IMG/VR virus record: IMGVR_UViG_3300017766_000887
Location: 1 to 24,789 of that record
DNA: 24,789 bases
Source of the DNA: a virus
Taxonomy: Duplodnaviria; Caudoviricetes
Direction: 5' to 3' (one strand)
Each line of letters starts with the position of its first letter. The first letter of the stretch is position 1. Positions 8,423 to 13,804 of the stretch are shown here, piece after piece. The notes beneath the pieces were generated by a model. That model made no database searches, was not told the origin of the DNA, and saw only the letters and a program-made list of their open reading frames with translations. The position numbers were made by a program, and so were the translations under genes.

Positions 8423-8677
8423 CTAGTCGGCTTCCCAATAATCAGGGGACTCTGGCGAGACTCTCTCCTCCTTGTTGGTGAGGTAATTCCACCTACGCCA
8501 TTCCAATAGTTCGCCGCAAGGACACTTAACGGGAGAGTAGACATCATTACACCCATTCCACCCGCTGTAGTCGGGGTCCTGTTTCGCGCACATATCGGAA
8601 CAGTAATAGTTAGCCCCGATTACGTCCACCTCATTCCCCGCGTCATCTACGTCGTATATTTCAACGCGGTGACTCAT
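8423..8677 (-). CDS. Hypothetical Cys-rich acidic protein
   Basis: 84 aa; YCSDMC and CPCG motifs; ATGA overlap start. Confidence 0.72.
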   Translation of the reverse strand: MSHRVEIYDVDDAGNEVDVIGANYYCSDMCAKQDPDYSGWNGCNDVYSPVKCPCGELLEWRRWNYLTNKEERVSPESPDYWEAD

Positions 8678-8814
8678 GCCAACACCTCGCCGTCGGTGTT
8701 CTCGAATGTCTCCACATCGGAGAAAATGGCGGGATCATCGTAACCCATAGAGAGCCAGATGTTCCGGATATTGCGGACACTCTCCCGATGTTTTTCTGTT
8801 TCTTCACTTGCCAT
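8674..8814 (-). CDS. Small hypothetical protein (46 aa)
   Basis: MASEETEKHRESVRNIRNIWLSMGYDDPAIFSDVETFENTDGEVLA*; SD GGGAGGGG; ATGA overlap with the next gene. Not in the ORF track. Confidence 0.72.
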   Translation of the reverse strand: MASEETEKHRESVRNIRNIWLSMGYDDPAIFSDVETFENTDGEVLA

Positions 8815-8857
8815 AAATACCCCTCCCGAGGTTATGTGTCTAGCCTCCTTGACTAGA

Positions 8858-8905
8858 TCGCGCCCGCCGTCATCGTGAATGACGCGCCCCCTACGGGGAA
8901 CGGGC
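8858..8905 (-). ncRNA. Mini tRNA-like three-way-junction element, copy 2
   Basis: GCCCGT-T-CCCC GTA GGGG-GCG-CGTCA TTCACGA TGACG-GCGGGC-GCGA, followed by hairpin TCTAGTC AAGGA GGCTAGA and the SD. Confidence 0.68.
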
Positions 8906-8911
8906 TACCTA

Positions 8912-9088
8912 CTACCATCCGCGGCGGTTTATCTGCTCCCGTCGTCGCTCCACTATCTCGCGGGTGTGTGCCGCACGTTCGGCGGGTGTAGGGCGACGGT
9001 CAAGCCAACGGACGAGGAACCACGTTCCCCAAATAGGAGAGCAGAGCAACATCGCGCCCGCCCCAATAGATATAAATTCCCTAACCAT
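8912..9088 (-). CDS. Small single-pass membrane protein (58 aa)
   Basis: Start moved to ATG 9088 (TAATG overlap, GAGGTGG upstream). Hydrophobic N-terminus followed by an Arg-rich tail. Confidence 0.65.
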   Translation of the reverse strand: MVREFISIGAGAMLLCSPIWGTWFLVRWLDRRPTPAERAAHTREIVERRREQINRRGW

Positions 9089-9285
9089 TAGTGCCACCTC
9101 ACATCGTCGAATTGCCCGCCGTTCGCCTCTAATTCGCGGCGAAATTCCCTCTTGGCGTCCCTGATGCTGTAGCCGATGTAGGTTCTCTCCCTCCGGAATG
9201 GCCCGCACGATTTACCGTCCTGAACTATTGCCGAGAGAACTAACGCCCCGCTATGTTCTCTCCGTGTCGTGAATATCTGCCCCAT
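9088..9285 (-). CDS. Hypothetical protein (65 aa)
   Basis: Start moved to ATG 9285 (TGATG overlap, SD GGGGGG). Reads MGQIFTTRREHSGALVLSAIV...YIGYSIRDAKREFR. Confidence 0.7.
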   Translation of the reverse strand: MGQIFTTRREHSGALVLSAIVQDGKSCGPFRRERTYIGYSIRDAKREFRRELEANGGQFDDVRWH

Positions 9286-9818
9286 CACTTGCCCCCCTTG
9301 TTCTCTCGTACTATGTCCATCAATGAGATCACGCGCGGAGCGTTGGCGGGACGCTCGTAATCCCACCCCTCGGAGATCATGTCTACCAATTTATCCATGA
9401 CCCGCGCCGACAATTCATGCGCGAACGATGTTCGCCACTCATCGAATTCACACGCTTGATACTGATAACACTTGACCGCGCCCATCGCGCGGGCGATGCT
9501 CGCCTCATCACTTGTCACCCGTCGCCAGATGTAGCCCTCTGAGTAGTATCCGCACATCTCCACCCCGTCCGAGTAGCGGGCGGTCAAGCTTTTCACGTTG
9601 GCATCAATCAATTCACGCCCGAGCGCGTCTGCCGTGGAATGAGTGGCGCGGGTGACGTGATGCCCGCCGCGTCCCTCCGTCTCCTCTAGTAGTTCCTCGT
9701 CCGTTGGTAATGCCCCGAACGTGTAGATATATGGACTACGTCCACCCGGTCCGCCCCATTCAATTAGGACACTCACCATTAGATCAATAGTGTCGCGGTT
9801 TACTTGATATGCACTCAC
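9285..9818 (-). CDS. Hypothetical phage protein (177 aa)
   Basis: Start moved to GTG 9818 after SD GGGG. Contains MSAYQVNRDTIDLMV, LGRELIDANVKSLTARY and CYQYQACEFDEW. Confidence 0.75.
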   Translation of the reverse strand: MSAYQVNRDTIDLMVSVLIEWGGPGGRSPYIYTFGALPTDEELLEETEGRGGHHVTRATHSTADALGRELIDANVKSLTARYSDGVEMCGYYSEGYIWRRVTSDEASIARAMGAVKCYQYQACEFDEWRTSFAHELSARVMDKLVDMISEGWDYERPANAPRVISLMDIVRENKGGK

Positions 9819-9883
9819 ATTTACCCCGTTTCTATGTTGACGGCAACGCCTCCGCTGCCGTGATCCCGAGACTACCCCGAGAG

Positions 9884-9927
9884 TCGTCCCCATCGTGAAT
9901 TGAATCACCACGCCCGAGGCGATGGGG
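9884..9927 (-). ncRNA. Mini tRNA-like three-way-junction element, copy 3
   Basis: CCCCATC-GCC TCG GGC-GTG-GTGA TTCAAT TCAC-GATGGGG-ACGA, followed by hairpin ACGGCAGCG GAGG CGTTGCCGT and the SD. Confidence 0.6.
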
Positions 9928-9949
9928 GAACTTCGATAGAACCCAATTT

Positions 9950-10228
9950 CTAGGACTCGTCCTCCACGGTATCCCATATCCACCCGTTCACCTCGTAGAG
10001 ATCATCGCCCCACGTAGTCACGAAATCAAGGGTAGACATGTCCACCGTGGCACTATTGACAATTTCACACCCGTCGCCGTCGTACAGTAACCCGCCACTA
10101 TTCACCACGGCATCGCGCACCGCGTCTAGTTGCTTACGGGTGAACACGGGACGCGCCCACCCATTCCAATAACCCGCGATGGACTCACATTCCACCGAGA
10201 AGACGTCATCAATCGTGACCCGTGGCAT
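9950..10228 (-). CDS. Hypothetical phage protein
   Basis: 92 aa; WNGWARPVFT motif and C-terminal GWIW; TGATG overlap; SD GGGGAGG. Confidence 0.75.
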   Translation of the reverse strand: MPRVTIDDVFSVECESIAGYWNGWARPVFTRKQLDAVRDAVVNSGGLLYDGDGCEIVNSATVDMSTLDFVTTWGDDLYEVNGWIWDTVEDES

Positions 10229-10485
10229 CAGATCACCTCCCCATTCAAGAACAGGACGCCATGACGCGCGAACGTTTCCGGATCTTTCGCGAACATCTGT
10301 TCAAATTCATGTTCTCCACACTTGACCAACACGGCAACACGGAGCAAGGCAAGCGAGAGAGTCGGGAATTCTTCCCGCCATACGTTCGCGACATAATCCC
10401 CGCAAAGAACCGCGAAGACACCGCGCTCCTCTAGCACCTCTATATATGACCGATTCTTATAGTCAAATTCGATGACCGTACTCAT
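10228..10485 (-). CDS. Hypothetical protein, first gene of the putative early operon
   Basis: 85 aa; SD AAGGGG; directly downstream of the strong promoter. Confidence 0.75.
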   Translation of the reverse strand: MSTVIEFDYKNRSYIEVLEERGVFAVLCGDYVANVWREEFPTLSLALLRVAVLVKCGEHEFEQMFAKDPETFARHGVLFLNGEVI

Positions 10486-10551
10486 TGATTACCCCTTTAT
10501 ATGTATCCCGTACCGCTACGGGATCAGACTAACTACTAGTCCGATGCACTG

Positions 10552-10580
10552 AGTATAAGGACACGTCAAGCGAATGTCAA
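10552..10580 (-). promoter_or_regulatory. Strong SigA/sigma70 early promoter
   Basis: TTGACA (10580-10575), 17 nt, TATACT (10557-10552). Predicted TSS is ~10545, and the leader folds into two hairpins before the SD. Confidence 0.88.
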
Positions 10581-10633
10581 GCCATAACGAGTATCGAATT
10601 TCTGCATAGCGCGACGACTACCCCGACGAGTCA

Positions 10634-10667
10634 CCCATCACTAGATCAGATAGCACCCCATCACTAG
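10634..10667. repeat. 11-bp direct repeat CCCATCACTAG x2
   Basis: Exact copies at 10634-10644 and 10657-10667. Confidence 0.75.
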
Positions 10668-10692
10668 GAACGATAGGCGGATCTCCTAGCTT

Positions 10693-10723
10693 GTTACTCA
10701 TCGGTAACTTACCCGGCGGTAAC
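10693..10723. promoter_or_regulatory. Tandem palindromic operator-like sites STTAC-N6-GTAAC
   Basis: GTTAC-TCATCG-GTAAC (10693-10708) and CTTAC-CCGGCG-GTAAC (10708-10723). Confidence 0.55.
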
Positions 10724-10832
10724 ATAGCTCACTGTGGGTGGGGGTGGGGTCACGGTGAGTGAGAACGCGGAGAGTGACCACGGAACCACGCACGGACACC
10801 AGGCGAACACCCGTTCGGTCGAATCGCGGGGC

Positions 10833-10856
10833 GGGGGTGTGCCTTGGCACTCCCCC
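10833..10856. repeat. GC-rich inverted repeat, candidate terminus/pac-associated site
   Basis: GGGGG-T-GTGCC-TT-GGCAC-T-CCCCC in non-coding DNA upstream of the terminase. Confidence 0.45.
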
Positions 10857-11029
10857 ATACAGATACATATTAGGGTTGCTCTCTATATGTGGTTTTGTGA
10901 CTACTCTGAGTGGTGGGGTGTGTGGGTTATCTGCTCCACCTTGGGAGGTGGGTTTGGGGTTGTTGGTGGTCGAGTTGATATTCACATAGGTGTGTGTATC
11001 TCTCTACCAGTGACTAAGGGATGTGTGTT

Positions 11030-11260
11030 GCTCCCCCCACGGTTCGCTCTAAAGAGCAGGTCGCCGTAGCTAGTTTCTTTTAGCCGACACCTTGTAATGA
11101 TTTGTTTACCCCTGTGAGGATCGCGTGTGCGGCTCTTTTGACATATAGGGGTCGATCCCCGTTTCCGGTCACGTTTCGCGTTCCCACCCTGCTGTCACTG
11201 TTTTGTGGGGTCTAGCGCATGGTTGCCTGGTGTCTCCCGACATTCAGGTCTTGATGAAGT
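11030..11260 (-). ncRNA. Candidate structured non-coding RNA (~230 nt)
   Basis: No credible ORF. An extended -10 (TG-C-TACACT, 11276-11268) lies immediately upstream, followed by a series of stems including two GNRA-capped hairpins. Confidence 0.5.
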
Positions 11261-11415
11261 TAGTTTGAGTGTAGCACACCTTTTTGTTTTTTGGTGGCCC
11301 AACGTTCTGCTTGTTTTTGTGCGTTGCGGAGGAGTGCTTCGTCTGAGAGTGGGCGGGCTGGTTTTAGTTCTTTGCGGCGCATGATGCGTCCTGATGTTCC
11401 TAATTGTTTGCCCAT
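11260..11415 (-). CDS. Small basic protein (51 aa), probably leaderless
   Basis: MGKQLGTSGRIMRRKELKPARPLSDEALLRNAQKQAERWATKKQKGVLHSN*. TG-A-TACACT ends 7 nt before the ATG. Not in the ORF track. Confidence 0.55.
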   Translation of the reverse strand: MGKQLGTSGRIMRRKELKPARPLSDEALLRNAQKQAERWATKKQKGVLHSN

Positions 11416-11527
11416 GTTTCTGAGTGTATCAAGTGTTGGCGGGTGTGAGGAGGACCGGAGCCATCCAGTTCATTTAAGTGCTGTTGCTCTACGGCACACC
11501 CACCAACGATGGTAGATTAGCAGAACA

Positions 11528-13507
11528 ATGACAGCGGGGCGTAGCGGGCGACGACAAGTTCCACCACAGGATGTGGCACGTTTTTGGCAGGCGCGTGCGT
11601 CTGGTATGTCGATCAAGGATGCAGCCAAGATTGCTGGTGTTCATTACAACACTGCCCAAAAGTGGGATGCGAAAAAGAAGATTGCTAAAGCCGAGATAGA
11701 GGTTGGGAAGTTGGAGCAGGGGACTGCCCGTAAGAAGGTGGGTGGTGTTCAGGCTGATGCTTGGGCGAAAGTGATGGATGTTTCTGATCTTCCTCCTGTT
11801 ATCCCGTATGACCGTTTAAGTGAGGAAGCACAACGCGGGCTTGTGGACTTTGATTATTTCAGGCGCAGATATTTGGGTCGTATTCCTAGTCCGTGGCAGG
11901 TGGATGCCGCATACAAGATCGAAGATTATTTGTTGTCTAACGATAAACAGTTTGTGGTGTTGAACTGTCCCCCAGGTGCAGGTAAGTCCACCCTGTTTCA
12001 CGATATTGCTGTGTGGCAGATTGTGAAGAACCGCAAGATTCGTGTGATGATCGGCTCCGTTTCGCAGTCACTAGCCAAGATGTATAGCCGTCGTATTCGT
12101 GAAACTTTGGAACGCCAGTTCCCGTTGGACCCTGACCCTGTGCTGATTGACAAAGGGCTGGCTATAAAAGCGGAAGCGTGTTTGGCGATTGACTACGGTA
12201 GGTTTAAGCCTTCAACTTCAGGGTCGTTGTGGCGAGCTGAAGAATTCATTGTTGAACAGGAGGACATGGGTGGGTTGGATAACAAGGAACCAACTGTTTC
12301 TGCTTACGGTATTGAGTCTGAATTCATTGGTCATCGTGCCGATCTATGTTTGTTTGATGACGTTGCGTCACCGGAGAACGCTAAAGAGTCTGCGGCAAGA
12401 GACAAACTCATTGAGAGATGGGATTCAATGGCTGAAGCACGAGTCGATCCAGGCGGTTTGCTCGCCGTCGTCGGACAACGACTTGGACCGTTGGACCTCT
12501 ACGCTCATTGTCTCAGCAAAGTCACCTACGAAGATTTCGAGGATGATTATGACGGATCAGATACAACGGACATTTCACAGGACACGGAACCGTTAAAGAA
12601 ACAAAAATATCATCACCTGATCTATAAAGCGTATTATGAGGATTTGGATACAGGGCTTGCGTCTAAACGGAACTCGTCCCCTGCTTGGCCTAACGGTCCA
12701 CTCCTAGACCCGCATCGTTTGTCTTGGAAAGACCTGTCGTACATCAAACATTCCAACCCATCCAAGTTTGCGGTGGTATATCAGCAAGAAGATCAAGCTG
12801 AAGGTAACTATCTGATTGAACGTGTGTGGGCAACAGGCGGAATCGGCCCTGACGGGGTGCTGTACCCAGGCTGTGTGGACAATGAACGTCGCCCAGGCCA
12901 TGTACCCCACAACTTGCAACCCCCACTCATTTCGATTGCCAGCGTTGACCCGTCCCCAACAATGTTTTGGGCTATCCAATGGTGGATATATCAGCCTGAA
13001 ACGAACCTGCGGTTCCTGATTGACGTGGAACGAGTCAAACTCACAGCCGAACAGCTCCTCGGATTTGACACCACAACCCGTGACTACTCAGGGATCATGG
13101 AAGATTGGCAAAACAGGGCAATGGACATGGGGTACCCCATCTCACACTGGGTAGTTGAGGTCAACGCAGCCCAAAGATTCCTTTTGGCACACGATTTTGT
13201 ACGCAAATGGCAGTCCCGACACAACGTAAACGTGATCGCGCACACCACCAGCCGTAACAAAATAGACGAAAATCTTGGTGTGGAAGCGTTGCTTCCACAG
13301 TTGTTCCGTTCCGGTGCAATCCGAACCCCATCTATGCGGGAAAACTGGAAAACACTAGCCTTCATTGAGGAACACTCATCATGGACTAGGGACAAGAAGA
13401 ACGGCACTGACCTTGTGATGGCGTGTTGGATGGCGATGTTGCATCTACCTAACTTGTCACCGATAAGTCGGCCACAAAAGAAATGGCGACCATCTTGGTT
13501 GGTGTGA
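11528..13507 (+). CDS. terL: Terminase large subunit with N-terminal HTH
   Basis: Q motif PSPWQ, Walker A CPPGAGKST, Walker B LCLFDD, and nuclease residues SVDPS, VVEVN and TDLVMA. HTH GMSIKDAAKIAGVHYNTAQKW at the N-terminus. Confidence 0.92.
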   Translation: MTAGRSGRRQVPPQDVARFWQARASGMSIKDAAKIAGVHYNTAQKWDAKKKIAKAEIEVGKLEQGTARKKVGGVQADAWAKVMDVSDLPPVIPYDRLSEEAQRGLVDFDYFRRRYLGRIPSPWQVDAAYKIEDYLLSNDKQFVVLNCPPGAGKSTLFHDIAVWQIVKNRKIRVMIGSVSQSLAKMYSRRIRETLERQFPLDPDPVLIDKGLAIKAEACLAIDYGRFKPSTSGSLWRAEEFIVEQEDMGGLDNKEPTVSAYGIESEFIGHRADLCLFDDVASPENAKESAARDKLIERWDSMAEARVDPGGLLAVVGQRLGPLDLYAHCLSKVTYEDFEDDYDGSDTTDISQDTEPLKKQKYHHLIYKAYYEDLDTGLASKRNSSPAWPNGPLLDPHRLSWKDLSYIKHSNPSKFAVVYQQEDQAEGNYLIERVWATGGIGPDGVLYPGCVDNERRPGHVPHNLQPPLISIASVDPSPTMFWAIQWWIYQPETNLRFLIDVERVKLTAEQLLGFDTTTRDYSGIMEDWQNRAMDMGYPISHWVVEVNAAQRFLLAHDFVRKWQSRHNVNVIAHTTSRNKIDENLGVEALLPQLFRSGAIRTPSMRENWKTLAFIEEHSSWTRDKKNGTDLVMACWMAMLHLPNLSPISRPQKKWRPSWLV

Positions 13508-13540
13508 TACCTTTATAGGACTTACGCGAACTGAGGTTTT

Positions 13541-13804
13541 ATGGCTACAGCAAAGAAAAAAGGTGCAAGTAATCGTGCCGTTCAAGCGCAAGCAGCGCGT
13601 AGCACCAAACAGGGTTTGAAGTATGCGATGGAAGACCTTGTTGAAGCAGACAGACAGCGCAAAGCGATGGGTCCAGATATGGATTTTTCTCCAGCAGTCA
13701 AGAAGCGTCTTGCACAAAACAAAAAGTTTGTTAATGACAACCGTTTGGCATACACCAACCCAGCATCAGTCAAGGTAAAGAAAGCTGTTAAAAAGAAAAA
13801 ATAG
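13541..13804 (+). CDS. Small Lys-rich basic protein
   Basis: 87 aa; SD GAGG; MATAKKKG...VKVKKAVKKKK; lies between terL and the portal. Confidence 0.75.
   Translation: MATAKKKGASNRAVQAQAARSTKQGLKYAMEDLVEADRQRKAMGPDMDFSPAVKKRLAQNKKFVNDNRLAYTNPASVKVKKAVKKKK

Noticed and set aside
8359-9927. Canonical tRNA genes, CRISPR repeats or integron attC sites
   Set aside because: The elements are only 40-44 nt, with no D-arm/anticodon-arm pair and no CCA. Copies differ in sequence and are separated by whole genes. No RYYYAAC/GTTRRRY ends, and no cas or integrase gene in the window.
9819-9983. N-terminal extension of track ORF 9285..9983 (likewise the extensions of 8912..9208, 9088..9366, 4761..5147, 5262..5681 and 6924..7175)
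   Set aside because: The extensions overlap neighbouring genes or structured intergenic elements. Downstream starts have SDs or stop/start overlaps.
10698-11069. Track ORFs 10698..10985 (-), 10734..11069 (+) and 10759..10989 (+)
   Set aside because: Low-complexity translations caused by G/T skew, without convincing SDs. The region looks regulatory.
11100-11140. Group II intron domain V (GAGCCG...) or group I intron core in the candidate ncRNA
   Set aside because: The sequence after GAGCCG does not form the ~34-nt domain V hairpin, no P7 R/S elements were found, and no gene is interrupted.
11291-11515. Track ORF 11291..11515 (+) as a small terminase
   Set aside because: TTG start without SD and no TerS-like features. 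It is antisense to a better-supported leaderless ORF.
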